From contig NC_052172.1 in NCBI RefSeq assembly GCF_902713615.1, forward strand, positions 19,501,327 through 19,565,326: DNA of 64,000 nucleotides. The letters are read 5' to 3'. Origin of the DNA: Scyliorhinus canicula (lineage: Eukaryota). Position numbers and translations under genes: made by a program. Below the pieces are notes generated by a model. The model searched no databases. It had not been told where the DNA came from and saw only the letters and a list, made by a program, of their open reading frames with translations. This document shows, piece after piece, positions 25,933 through 38,379 of this stretch; the stretch's first letter is position 1; the number at the start of each line of letters is the position of its first letter.

Positions 25933-27213
25933 AATAATTGATAAGTCTGCATTTATATTGGATCTGGCAATATAAACAAGGTCCAGCTGCCATTGCACTT
26001 CCTCCCCATTGGAGGCACTGCAGCCCCGCCACTTGTTGAAGGGTTGAGGTACATGACATGGGAGGGGGAGCAGGAACCGGCATGTAGGCAGAGGGGAAAA
26101 CGCATAGAACATAACAGCGCAGTACAGGCCCTTCGGCCCTCGATGTTGCGCCGACCTGTGAAACCATGGCGGGTTTTGAAGGGGACATGGGATAGGTGGT
26201 GCTGCAATGCCAATGACAAGAGAGGGATGACAAGAGAGGGATGGCTAAGGCATGAGGTGGGTGTATTGGGAAGGACAGAATGGCATTGCGTGGAGATTGG
26301 AAGTATTTTTTGCAACAAAGATTCCAATTTCAACACTCATATTCTGCAGGTCCCGTTGTACACTGCGCCATTCCTGTAATCAATGGATCATCTTTCATAA
26401 TGGTTTGGGTTTAATGGTTTTTGTGAGATCAATTAGCCACTGACGTCCAGGGCCACAGTGCACAGGAGCAGCTATTCCAAGCCTGTGTTTTGTTGTTTTC
26501 TTCGTCAGATGCATATTGCTTTGAATTTATGAGCAGCGTGCCATATTTTACTGCAACAGCAGGCAGACAATTGAAGGCTTGCCCTTAATGGCTTTATAAA
26601 GTGGTAATTCAATCAGGCAAAAGCTGGCAATGTCAGCAGAACATGGGAGTTTGAATTATTGCTTCAAAATTCTCTATCATTTTGCTTTTATTACAGAGCA
26701 TAATTTATTTAAACTAATGTCTTTTCTTTACTTACAAGTAAAGATTGCGTAAAGTGCAGTAATAAAGAGAATGGCGTCTCAGAAACTGAAGCTTCTGGTG
26801 ACACCAATAGATATCTTGTAATAAAATAAATCCTCTCCCAAAATCTGCGCAAAAAATCTTCAGGGGTAAATAGCCAAACAACTAAAAGCCGCATTTCGTG
26901 AGCAAGGTCCCAAAAGCGCAGTGCTTATGAAAAATGTAATTGTGAACGCACTTCTCAATTCGCATGAAAGACACTCAGTAGCTCATTTGAAGAATCGAAA
27001 GTGGTCGTCATAAATCTCTGGCCCTGTTTGTCCGACAAACACAAAACAAGACACCGATTGGGCTGCCCCTGAATGGGAAACCGACAGCATAGGTTGACCA
27101 TCTATAAGAATTCATACCATTTCTGGCAAAGGATTTTACTCAAAAACATTGTTTCCTCAGAAAATGATTGACTAGCTCTGGATTCTCAGCATGATCTGTT
27201 TACCATTTGCTTT

Positions 27214-27772
27214 ATAAAAAAAAATAATTTAGAGTACCCAATTCTTTTTTTCCCCAATTAATTTAATTTCGTTTTTTAAATTTAATCTTTATTAGTGTCA
27301 CAAGTAGGATTACATTAACAAGTACATTAACACTGCTGTGAAGTTACTGTGAAAATCCCCTAGTTGCCACATTCCAGGGCCTGTTCGGGTACACAGAGGG
27401 AGAATTCAGAATGTCAAATTCACCTAACAAGCACGTCTTTCGGGACTTGCGGAAGAAAACCGTAGTGCCCGGAGGAAACCCACGCAGACACAGGGGGAAC
27501 GTGCAGACTTCGCACAGACAGTGACCCAAGCCGGAAGTCCAACCTGGCACCCTGGCGCTGTGAAGCAACAGTGCTGCAGTGCCACCCAATTAAGGGGCAA
27601 TTTAGCGTGGTCAACCCACCTGCCCTGCACATCTTTGGGTTGTGGGGATGAGACCCATGCAGAGATGGGGAGAATGTGCAAACTCCACACGGACAGTGAC
27701 CCGGGGCGGGATCGAACCCGGGTCCACGGTGCCGTGAGGCAGCAGTGCTAACCACTACGTCGCCATGCCGCC
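27214..27772 (-). mobile_element. A-tailed short HE1 variant with a nested (TTA)n-tailed HE1-head SINE (~27278-27584)
   Basis: cccaattaa repeated on both sides of the nested copy. Confidence 0.85.
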
Positions 27773-28302
27773 CATCTGTTTACCATTTGCAAGTGCTCTC
27801 AAATAGTAAAATCTTTCATTTGTATTCTGCGTGAGGAAACCAGTTCAATAAATGCACCACTGCAATCTGACACCAGCCTGCTTTAGCCCAAGTGATTCTT
27901 CAGCCAACTACCCATAAAATTAATGGGTCTGGTGACCAAGAAATTAATCTATTCGCTTGGAAGAAAAGGAACATTACTGCCCAGTGGGAAACAACCAAAA
28001 GAAAGGTGTGAAGAATGCTTCAGTACCATTCACAAATGTGATTTATGACTTAGTAACTACAATTAATTAGTGCAGGCTTTGAATTTACTCCAGCTGCGAG
28101 ATAAATCCTATCCTCCCACTCTTTCATCCCTTGTATTCAGAAGCTCCCTCCTTGCTCTTCAGACACAGCAACTCTGGTTACCTCCCCTAACCCTTGGGTC
28201 TCCTCTGCCTATGAAGGGCCGGAAGATGTTTAAAAACCTGGTCGCTGTGCCATGAACCATTCCTCGAGAGTGAGGATGACAGCTGACCTACCCCTCAAAT
28301 AT

Positions 28303-28612
28303 AGGGCAGCTGGATAGCACAGTGGTTAGCACTGTTAGTTCACAGCTCCAGGGTCCCAGGTTCAATTCCCGGCTTGGGTCACTGTCTGTGCAGAGTCTGC
28401 ACGTTCTCCCCGTGTCTGTGTGGGTTCCCTCCGGGTGCTCCGTTTTCCTCGCACAGTCTAAAGATCTGCAGGTTTGGTGGATTGGCCGTGCTAAATTGCC
28501 CTTAGTGTCCAAAAAGGTTGGGTGGTGTTACTGGGTTACGGGGATGGGTGCAGGGTGCTCTTTCCAAGGGCCAGTGCAGACTTGATGGGCCGAATGGCCT
28601 CCTTCTGCACTG
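28303..28612 (+). mobile_element. HE1-type V-SINE
   Basis: Head, V-domain and tail. Confidence 0.9.
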
Positions 28613-29312
28613 GGAGAATGTACACTGTGGAATGGGCTAATCTGTGGCAGATTATTATCTGAATGGCTATAGATTGAGAGTGGGAAATGTGCAATGAGAC
28701 CTGGCTTTCCTCGTACACCAGCCACTGAAAGCAAGCAGGTGCAGCAGGCGGTAAAGAGGCAAATGATATGTTGGCCTTCATAGAACATTACAGCGCAGTA
28801 CAGGCCCTTCGGCCCTCGATGTTGCATCGAGAGGATCCGAGTACAGGAGCAGGGATGTCTTGCTGCAATTATACAGGGTCTTGGCGAGGTCACACATGCA
28901 ATTTTGGTCTCCTTATCGGAGGAAGGATGTTCTTGCTATGGAGGGAGTGCAGCGAAGGTTTACCAGACTGATTCCTGGGATGGTGGGACTGACGTATGAG
29001 GAGAAATTGAGTCGGTTAGGATTGTATTTGCTGGAGTTTAGAAGAATGAAGGGGGAGTACTCATAGAAACCTATAAAATTCTAACAGGACTAGACAGGGT
29101 AGATGCAAGAAGGATGTTCCTGATGGCAGGCAGTCCAGAACTAGGGGTCACAGTCTAGGGATATGAGACAAACCATCTAAGACTGAGATGAGGAAGACAT
29201 TTCTTCATCCAGAGAATGGTAAGCCTTTGGAATTCGCTGCCACAGAAAGCAGTCAAGGTCAAAACATTGTACGCTTTCAAGGAGTTAGATACAGCTCTTG
29301 GGGCTAAAGTGA
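28613..29312 (+). mobile_element. CR1-type LINE 3' fragment, containing a small inverted tail insert at ~28779-28826
   Basis: LQLYRVL..QFWSPY..EGVQRRFTRLIPG..LWNSLPQ motifs. Confidence 0.9.
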
Positions 29313-30624
29313 AATGCAAGTCTTACTTTGATGTAGAAACACATTGCCAGATATTTCAATTGGTCACTGAGCCAAATGGAGAAAGTGTTTGTAGAGGTCA
29401 CCAAAATCTTTTTCACAGGAAATGTGTTTCGATAAGGGTGTTAATGGAGGAGAGGAAGACGGTGAAATGGCGAATTTCAGAGACTGCAACGTCCATGTCT
29501 GGAGGCACAGTCCATGATTGAATCTGACATCACCACATTCTCAGGCAGTGCATTCCAGATACTAAATTTACGCCGAGTAACAAGGGTGTTTTGTTCATGT
29601 CCTTTTGCCAGTCACTTTATATCAGCGCCCACTAATTCTCTACCTCCTGTCAGCTTCTCTATCCAGACACCTCATGATTTTGACTACGTCCATCAAATGA
29701 CCTCTCAACCTTCACTTCACCAACGTGAACTGTCCCAACTTCTCCAAACTATCTACATAACTGATTTCTCTCTCGTCCCTGGAACCATTCCCTTTTCTTC
29801 GGCACTCTCTCCCCTGCCTTTGTATCCTTCCTCAAGGGTGATGTCCAGAACTGGAAACAATACTCCAATTGGGTTTGAACTAGTGTTTTATACAGGACAA
29901 AAAGGCGACCAGGATAAAGATAAAGTCACCACAGTCCCAGAGGCTGCTCTACTCTTTGGGGGGGGGCTGGTGGTGGTTTAACCTGACGACCACCAAACCT
30001 CAGGCGAGGGTCAAGGTTGAGAAGCTCCGGGAGGTGGGGAGGAATTTAGCGAGAAGGAGGAACCAAGTCATAAAGGAATAAAAATACAATTTTAAATTGT
30101 GCCATTGCAGTACAGTGCAAATGCAGTGGTTGCTGAGCGGGGCACAGTGTCAATTGGGTAAAGACATCTGTGGTTTAGGAAATCGCAGGCACAAATGTAA
30201 TTAATCTGTAACAGTACAAATATATTAAGTCAAAATAGTGTCCTCCTCTACTTGGATTTCCTTTAGTTACATAAATTAAGTAAAGTGATTTTTTTTTCTC
30301 TTTTGGATTTAATACCATTTGAACATAGCGTATTGAGAATTGTATGTCTGCAAAACATTCTACCTTTTCAAGGAGTGGGCTCTGGATCTGAGTGACTCTG
30401 GTAGAAGCCAAACTAATAATTGACGAGCAGATTATTTGTGAAAGGCACTGTTGAGGACTCCTCAATATCACACACAAAAGCAAGGGAGATATGGTTTACT
30501 GGCTGTCACTAATAATCCTCGAGACGTGGATGAGCCACCTTCTGGAGCACAACTGAATGGCTTGTTTGGCCATTGACAGGGCACTTAAGATCAACCATAT
30601 TTCTGTGGGACCCAAGTCACAAAT

Positions 30625-30919
30625 GGGTGGCATGGTAGCACAGTGGTTAGCACTGTTGCTTCACAGCGCCAGGGACCTGGGTTCCATTCCCGGCTTGGGT
30701 CACTGTCTGTGCGGAGTCTGCACGTTCTCCCAGTGTCTGCGTGGGTTTCCTCCGGGTGCTCCGGTGTCCTCCCATAAGTCCCGAAAGACGTGCTTGTTAG
30801 GTGAATTAGTCATTCTGAATTCTCCCTCAGTGTACCCGAACAGGTGACTGGGGGATTTTCACACAACTTTATTGCAATGTTAATGTAAGCCTACTTGTGA
30901 CAATAAAGATTATTATTAT
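30625..30919 (+). mobile_element. HE1-head SINE with (TTA)n tail
   Basis: HE1 head and V-domain, then gtcccgaaagacgtgcttgttaggtgaatt..gcctacttgtgacaataaagattattatta. Confidence 0.88.
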
Positions 30920-30979
30920 GTAGGCCAGACTGGGTAAGAATGAGTTTTGTAATCTGAAGGGCATTTAACATAATAATAT

Positions 30980-31289
30980 TTTAATAATAATCTTTATCAG
31001 TATCACAATTAGGCTTACATTAACAATGCAATGAAGTTACTGTGAAAATCCCTTCGTCACCACATTCCGGCGTCTGTTCGGGTACACCTGAGGGAGAATT
31101 GAGAATGTCCAATTCACCTAACAAGCACGTCGTTTGGGACTTGTGGGAGGAAACCGGAGCGCCCAGAGGAAACCCTCGCAGGCACTGGGAGAAGGTGCAG
31201 ACTCCGCACAGACAGTGACCCAAGCCAGGAATCGAACCTGAGACCCTGGAGCTGTGAAGCAACACAGCTAACCACTGTGCTACCGTGCT
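30980..31289 (-). mobile_element. HE1-head SINE with (TTA)n tail
   Basis: Inverted sister copy of 30625-30919. Confidence 0.88.
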
Positions 31290-31990
31290 GGTGAGGCACG
31301 TGGGTTTTTAAAACGAGAGTTTGATAGTTTTGTGGTTACCATCAATAGTACGAGCTTTCTGTTCCTGATTTTAATTCATGCAATTTAAATTTGCCATGAT
31401 GGGATCTGAACTCATCTCCCAGGATCATTAGTCCAGACTTCTAGATTATTAGCCCAGTAGCATAACCCGCTGGGCTACTGCACCTCTCCTCAAAACTCTA
31501 GCAATGCCAGGTTAAATAATCATTTTAAATAGGAGATGGATAAGCTTTTGGGTTGCCAAGAGTATAAAAGGGTGGCACAGCGGGTGGGATATAAATCAGT
31601 CATTATCTCATTGAAAGGAGGAACTGAATCAAAGGCTGGACGGCCTCATCCAGCTCCTGTGCTCCTTGTTGTTCCCCAATCCCAACTGTTTCTGCAGCCA
31701 AGTGGCTCACTTCAGTGTTTATGAATTAAGTATGTAGAATGGAGGTGAAGTCATGCACGAATGGACTGAATAGAATTGGCAGATTCCCTTCTCCGAAGGA
31801 GATTAATAAACCAGCTAGGTCATTTTACTCTGTGCCAGCAAATCGACTCCATTTTGCAACCAGCCATGGTGCAATTTGAACTCAGGAGTCTAGGCTTCGA
31901 TGGTTCATCTGATTTTCTCACTGAAAACAAAATCAAGCTGGCTGCTTTTCTTTTCAAATAATAATACGTTCCGGCGCATTCAGGCCTCAC

Positions 31991-32061
31991 CTTACTCCCG
32001 GTCGTGGTGTCTGCTTTCGCTTCTGCGCCGAGCCGATCAAAAACAGACATTCTCGGCATGC
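31991..32061 (-). CDS. C19orf47: C19orf47 ortholog, coding exon 7 (MPRMSVFDRLGAEAKADTTTGSK)
   Basis: ttgctccag acceptor, gtgagg donor, 71 nt; SVFDRLGAE.KADTTTGSK conserved. Confidence 0.95.
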
Positions 32062-32403
32062 CTGGAGCAAGAGGATGAAAGGACAAACATTTACAGCACT
32101 GGCACCCGCTCAGTCATTTCAAACATACAGGAGAGAGTTTGAAACCTGTACGATTAGGATTTCGTTTCAAGTAGAAGTGTTAGCGTCTTGCGAATTCGAA
32201 GGTTTCTGGTGTCTAAAGTAGAGAAGCAGGAGCTGCAAGTCTTCAAATTGGCGAATCAGCGATACTAGATTCGCAAAGAATTGGCAGCCCTGTTTATTAG
32301 TGCTAGGATATTTACAGGTTTAGTGCACACTACAACACAAGGAGTACTTGCTGTGTTAGCATGCTGCAATCACCCAACAGTAAGCACTATGTGAGCACTT
32401 TAC

Positions 32404-32550
32404 CTTTCGAGGCTTGCTGCTCCAGGATTTTCTTAGTTTTTGCGGTTGTCCCTTTTGGCATACTGATTATGTATTTACCTTCCATTTCCGCAGTCACACG
32501 GCGCCGCTTTGCTGAGGTTTCGGGACCTGGGTCAGCTGGTCTGGTGAGAA
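32404..32550 (-). CDS. C19orf47: C19orf47 ortholog, coding exon 6 (LTRPADPGPETSAKRRRVTAEMEGKYIISMPKGTTAKTKKILEQQASK)
   Basis: tgttgttcag acceptor, gtaaag donor, 147 nt; AKRRRVTAEMEGKY identical to recalled human sequence (NLS-like). Confidence 0.94.
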
Positions 32551-32706
32551 CTGAACAACAAAACGCCGATGGTCAGTTTAAGTTGTGAAGAAAGGTCGAT
32601 CGCAAAGGAACAGGAAACACATCCTCAAGTCAGATTCTAACAACCTCCACCACATCTTGTTGTCCAACTCTGAAGCGGTTTAACTCAAATTATTTCACAA
32701 TTCCAG

Positions 32707-32940
32707 ATTTTTTATAATTTCGAGCACCCAGTTCTTTCTCACCCCTCCCCCCAATTAAAAGGGCAATTTAGTGTGGCCAATCCACCTACCCTGCACATCT
32801 TTGGGTTGTGGGGGCCGAACCCATGCAGACACGGGGAGAATGTGCAAACTCCACACGGACAGTGACCCAGAGCCGAGATCGAAACTGGGACCTCGTCGCC
32901 GTGAGGCAGCAGTGCTAACCACTGCGCCACCATGCTGCCC
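32707..32940 (-). mobile_element. A-tailed short HE1 variant
   Basis: Diagnostic internal deletion and tail. Confidence 0.87.
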
Positions 32941-33541
32941 TCATCACAAACAATTCCATTTTTAACCACCAATTATCCTGCTCATTTATCTTGCCGCACT
33001 AAAATTATCGAATGATTTGCATTATCAGTGAAAAGACCGATTTGAATTAACAGTGAACCGCGGATGACAGCTCGTACTACATCAGCGGTGACTGCCAACA
33101 ATCATAACCATTTTTTTTGGGGGGGGGGGGGTCACAATCACCCCTATTCGACTCAGTCTGCAGCCACATGCAGAAGTCGCACGCGGTCAAAATGGCCATT
33201 CTATTCTTCCCGAGAGCAGTAGAGAGAGAGAGCAAATGCATTCAGCTGGCAGCATTCATTAGTAGAAAGTCAGAAAACACCATTGAGAATTTATCCTGTG
33301 AGTCAAATTGGGAATTCTATCCCCCACACTTCACTACATTCTGTCCACATCAGCAATATATTACACTATCGACTGGTCACAAGTAATATTTTGCAGGCCT
33401 AGCTATAGGATTGGCTAAAAATACATCATTAATTGAAGATCAAAGTACAATCTGCTCCTCTCAACTATTAACTCATTGAATTATGGGATGGGACAGGAGA
33501 GGACCAGGTTGCCTAAGGCACACAGAGCAGAAGAGCCACAC

Positions 33542-33887
33542 GGGCAGCATGGTAGCATTGTGGATAGCACAATTGTTTCACAGCTCCAGGGTCCCAGGTT
33601 CGATTCCGGCTTGGGTCACTGTCTGTGCGGAGTCTGCACATCCTCCCCGTGTCTGCGTGGGTTTCCTCCGGGTGCTCCGGTTTCCTCTCACAGTCCAAAC
33701 ATGTGTGGGTTAGGTGGATTGGCCATGAGAAATTGCCCTTAGTGTCCAAAATTGCCCTTAGTGTTGGGTGGGGTTGCTGGGTTATGGGGATAGGATGGAG
33801 GTGTTGACCTTGGGTAGGGTGCTCTTTCCAAGAGCCGGTGCAGACTCAATGGGTCAAATGGCCTCCTTCTTCACTTTAAATTCTATG
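33542..33887 (+). mobile_element. HE1-type V-SINE (same subfamily as 56233-56578)
   Basis: gtagcattgtggatagcaca head; aaattgcccttagtgt duplication. Confidence 0.9.
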
Positions 33888-34194
33888 ATCAGGATCACTG
33901 GCTCCCAAGTCAGCTATCGGGAACAGGAATGGTGGGCTGTCACCACAGTTATTCCTCAGCATTTCAGTTTGGAGAAAACAAGGAGCAACCAAGGTTCCTG
34001 ATGTGGTGTATAATGGGATACTCAGGCTTGACAAATTGCTGGTATAAGATTTTTTTTAAAGTGCTTGCAGTATAAAAGAGATGACTGGGGTATGTGTAGT
34101 AAGAAATATGACCTTTTGGTTACAGGCTAGGATACGTGAATGACTGGGCATTGCAGTAAATCGTCAAACTAGATAAGGCAAGTGTGTGTTTCTA

Positions 34195-34405
34195 AAAAAT
34201 TTTTTTTAAGTGCCCAATTCTTTTTTCCAATTAAGGGGCAATTTAGCATGGCCAATCCACATATTTGGGTTGTGGGGGTGAGACCTACACAGACACGGGG
34301 AGAATGTGCAAACTCCACATGGACGGTGACCTGGGGCCGGGATCGAACCCGGGTCCTCGGCGTCGTGAAGAAGCAGTGCTAACCACTGCGCTACTGTGCT
34401 GTCCT
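34195..34405 (-). mobile_element. A-tailed short HE1 variant
   Basis: Diagnostic sequence. Confidence 0.86.
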
Positions 34406-34490
34406 CAGGTTTGTGTTTTTGAATAAAATGCTGCATTGTTTGTGTTAATGGACAGGCCATTCCTTGACTTTCTGTGGCTTCATCTGTACT

Positions 34491-34710
34491 TGTGGAGTAC
34501 AGAACTAGATGTGTGAGATAAAGAACAAAGTGAGTCAATGATGAAGGATTGCGAGGATGGTATAAACATATGGAGGAAACTGTACAACTTTGAGAAGCCT
34601 CTTCGAGCAACCCAAGGGGTGCCGCCCCCTGTACGCTCACGTGTATTAATAAACTTCTGCTTGATAAACCTACAGCTGATTCTGTGTCAAGTATTTTTAG
34701 GTTGTCCACA
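34491..34710 (+). mobile_element. Small solo-LTR-like element
   Basis: TGTGGA...TCCACA inverted termini, TATAAA and AATAAA in LTR order; no clear TSD. Confidence 0.55.
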
Positions 34711-35193
34711 TGAGTTCCCAATCCTGTTTGCTATCCTGTGACACTTGCTGGAAAGCACAGGGGAAGTTAGGGTTGGGTTTAGCTGTGGTTTCCCACCCCT
34801 GTCGCACTCAGATAATATGCTGACAATCATGATTTTGGGGCCGGGTAGGAAAATCTAACTGAGATACGAGAGAGCTGCCAGAACCTGGGGAGCAAATGCC
34901 CCTCACATCCTGTATCCTCACAAAACGTTACCGACAAGAGGCAAAAGGAGACAATGGCGTGGGAGCGGAGGATGGTCAACAGTTGCACTGAAATCTATTT
35001 CCCTGTCAGATGTTATAACATGTCTGCGGCCAGGAAAGGAGAGAGAGCTACCAAACCACGGGAACGGGTGAAAGTAAAGTAAAGCAAAACAAAGTCTAAA
35101 CATGCATCACACAGGGCTTACAGCCTCAAGCTTCATGCTTTAAGGTAACAGGAAAATGGTGACCAGCTTTCAGGTCTCCTTCCCTTTGCATAC

Positions 35194-35322
35194 CTGCTTT
35201 CTTTGTGGCACGTTTGTTGGCCACAGTGACGGATATCTTGGAAGTGTTGGTTTCAGATCTCCGGACAGGAGTAGAAGGTGGGGAATCTCTGCTCAAACTG
35301 TTAGCAATCATTCTAGAGGCGG
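35194..35322 (-). CDS. C19orf47: C19orf47 ortholog, coding exon 5 (ASRMIANSLSRDSPPSTPVRRSETNTSKISVTVANKRATKKA)
   Basis: cccctttag acceptor, gtatgc donor, 129 nt; DSPPSTP and SKISVTV conserved. Confidence 0.94.
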
Positions 35323-36626
35323 CTAAAGGGGGGAAAAAATAGAGAGGACACATGCATATAGCACAGACCCAGACACTAATTAACTTAGTCACAGGAGTAG
35401 TAACAACCCTTCGGGCAGAATCAATCCCATTTCTTCAGTGTCATATAAACAATCTAGTCATTCACCAAAAAAAAACCCTGAACTTTTCCTGCCTCAAAAC
35501 CACTCTGATAATGTTGTTAAGAATAAACAAACTCTGTTTTTCATTGATGGAAGTGTTATGAAGTATTCCCCACTGAGCCTCTAAACTCAATGACTCGTGC
35601 CGATTTTGTGGGGTGTCCATTTCTCAACGTTAGTGTTACTGCGCGAGTAGAGATAATTTAGGCACATCACCCACTTTGGGTCCACCACATATATGTTGTG
35701 TGTGTGAGACCCAAAGTGGTTCCACAGCAAACAGCCACATTCGCATCCCAAGCCAACACGAGCTTTGCCACCCAGAGAGATTACGCACTGAACCGCAGAA
35801 ATTGTTGTTTCATGTACACCGAGAGCTACGGTAACCCAAATTACTGGCCGGAACTCACATCATCGTGCGGCGTGGTGCATTTGACCCCCAGTTCGCCTGT
35901 TAATTCACACGTACCTCAAGTTGATTCTGAATGTTACAAGTCTAAGAAATATCTTGTAAATAGTCTTATCTTTCGGAGGTTGTATAATAAATGTTATTTT
36001 TGTTTGTTCAAAACCCGTGGAATCTTGTGGCTTTATTCCAAAAGCTTTAATCTCAACCATTATCTACTACAAACAAAAAGTCACCAGTCCCTGACCAGAC
36101 ATTCCCCTCACATCCCGGGGTCTGGCCGAAGATCGGAAAGATCTTGATGTGCAGAAGAGATTCTGCGCTCATTTACTTAAGCGTGACGAAGCTTTGAAAA
36201 AGTAATTAATTGGCTGCGAAGCACTTTGGAATGCAAGTGTGTGATGTCTCCTCTTCAACCGACTTCAGGAAGTTCTTGGACCGTTTGGACTCAACACTGA
36301 CAGCGTAATTCCAGCGCGCTCTCAGAGCTTTCACATTTACCGGGGGTGAGTGTAACTTTGTGATGTGTGCTGAAACTCGCCTGCACAGCTCTCTCCTGAT
36401 GTCCTCTTGGACTCTGCAGCTACAGACTAACTGCAGCATGGGATACACAGCATAGCAACCATCTCAGTTTAAGGCTACAAGCTTATACAGATAAAGAGTT
36501 TGCAAAAACGCTTGAAGAAGTTGCAAAACCAAAAATTGATTATGCAGTCGTGCAAAGTAAAATTACAGTTTTAAAGGCCATCCAACATTTACAAAAAATA
36601 ATCATCTGCAAACAGGGTTTACTTAC

Positions 36627-36708
36627 GAGAGTTGCCTGTTCTTTTTAACTCGAATTGCACATTTCCGTGGCTGGTGCTTATAGACTCTGTGGCCACCTTA
36701 GCAAGTTC
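36627..36708 (-). CDS. C19orf47: C19orf47 ortholog, coding exon 4 (ELAKVATESISTSHGNVQFELKRTGNS)
   Basis: ttctag acceptor, gtaagt donor, 82 nt; phase 0 to 1 fits both neighbours; ATES...ELKR similar to human. Confidence 0.88.
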
Positions 36709-37211
36709 CTAGAAGAAGTAGGAGATCCAGCTTAAGAAACTATGCAGTGTGGCTCAAAATGACCGGGGTTTAGGGAACAAGTGCAGACAGAAGATAATCA
36801 AGAATGTTCTCAATAGCACTTTAGTGAAGTTTCAGGGACAGGAGGAAAGGGAGAGGTATGATAATATATCCAACATTTCAAAAATATATTATTGGCCTCA
36901 AAACACCCATTATTATGATTTTAATAGCAATTTCAAAAGAAAGTAATCAATAATCAAAACACCGAGGGTTTCCTGTTTTGGTATTCTGTGATACAGAGAG
37001 CCTAGAAACATAGAACAATGCAGGAGGTGGGAATTTGGTCCATCCACTGTACGCCAATTCTTGCATAAAGCAATCCAGTTAATCCCATTCCCCAGCTCTT
37101 TCCCCACATCCCTATAATTCTTTTTCCTTCAAGTATTTATCCAGTTCCATTCTGAAGGCTATTATCACATCTGTGACAACTACTGTCGCAGGCAGTGCAT
37201 TTAAAACTCTA

Positions 37212-37392
37212 TGATGTGGAGATGCCAGCGTTGGACTGGGGTGAGCACAGCAAGAAGTCTGACAACACCAGGTTAAAGTCCAACAGGTTTGTTTCAAACA
37301 CGAGCTTTCGGAATGAATTCCTCATTCACCCGAGGAAGGAGCAGTGCTCCGAAAGCTAGTGTTTGAAACAAACCTGTTGGACTTTAACCTGG
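37212..37392 (+). mobile_element. Fold-back non-autonomous element (Penelope-related) with a minimal hammerhead motif
   Basis: 46-bp inverted arms at 37267-37312 and 37348-37393; 12-bp TSD tttaaaactcta. Confidence 0.82.
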
Positions 37393-37720
37393 TTTAAAAC
37401 TCTAACCACTGATCAAGTAAAACAACTTTCCCTCATTTTCATAGAATCCCTACAGTGCAGAAGGAGGCCATTCGGCCCATTGAATATGCACCGACCCTTG
37501 GAAAGAGCACCCTACTTAAGCCCAAGCCGCCACCTTAACCACTTAAGCCCAAGCCGCCACCTTAACCCCGTAACCCTACCTAACCTTTTGGACACTAAGG
37601 AGCAATTTAGCACGGCCAATCTACCCAAAGTGCTGCCCAAAGTTACGTTTCTTGCCAATCACCTGAAATCTGTGGCGGGATAAAGGGAGCTAATGTTACA
37701 GGTCGCTGACCGTTCACCAT

Positions 37721-37850
37721 CCTGTTGAAAGGTCAGTGACCTGAAACTTTAACCCTGTTCTCTCACCAGAGATGCTGCCCAACCTGCTGAGCATTTCCAG
37801 CATCTCTCTTTATGCCAGATTTCCTGCATGCGCACTATTTTGCTTTTGCT
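37721..37850 (+). mobile_element. Penelope-type terminal repeat relic with a decayed hammerhead motif
   Basis: ctgttgaaaggtcagtgacctgaaactttaac...gatgctgcccaacctgctgagcatttccagca; related reverse copy at ~12790-12865. Confidence 0.7.
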
Positions 37851-38379
37851 GTGCTGTCTGATTAGTGGCGGAGCCTCTGCAAAGTATCTCTTTATTTATT
37901 CTACCTGAGCAAAGGGTTAGGAGGAGGCCAGGTGCCCCTCCCCCTCCCCCCCCGCGCAGACAGCATATCTATGAACTTCTACATCAGTTTCACTTTCCCA
38001 CCCGATCCCTACACTCCTCGATCCCAGTCTGGAATGAACGTAATGACTCAGCACAGAGAATTCCAAAGGCTCGCAATACTGAGTGAAGAAGTTTCACCCG
38101 TTCTCAGTTCTAAATGATTGACCCCCTTATTCTGTGGCTGTGTGTACTAGACTGCCTAGCCAGGAGAAATAACTCTGTCAAGCCCTCCAGAAGTTAATTA
38201 GTTTCAATGAGAACATCTTTCATTCTTCAAAACCTCAGGGAATGTAGGCTATTCTGCTCAATCTTTCCTCTTAGGGCATTCGGTTCATTCCGTGAATCAA
38301 TCTGCACTCCCTCTAAGACAAGTATACTGCTCCTCAGGTGGGGGAAGGTTCGTGTTTTCGCACTCTCTCTTCCTTGTCC

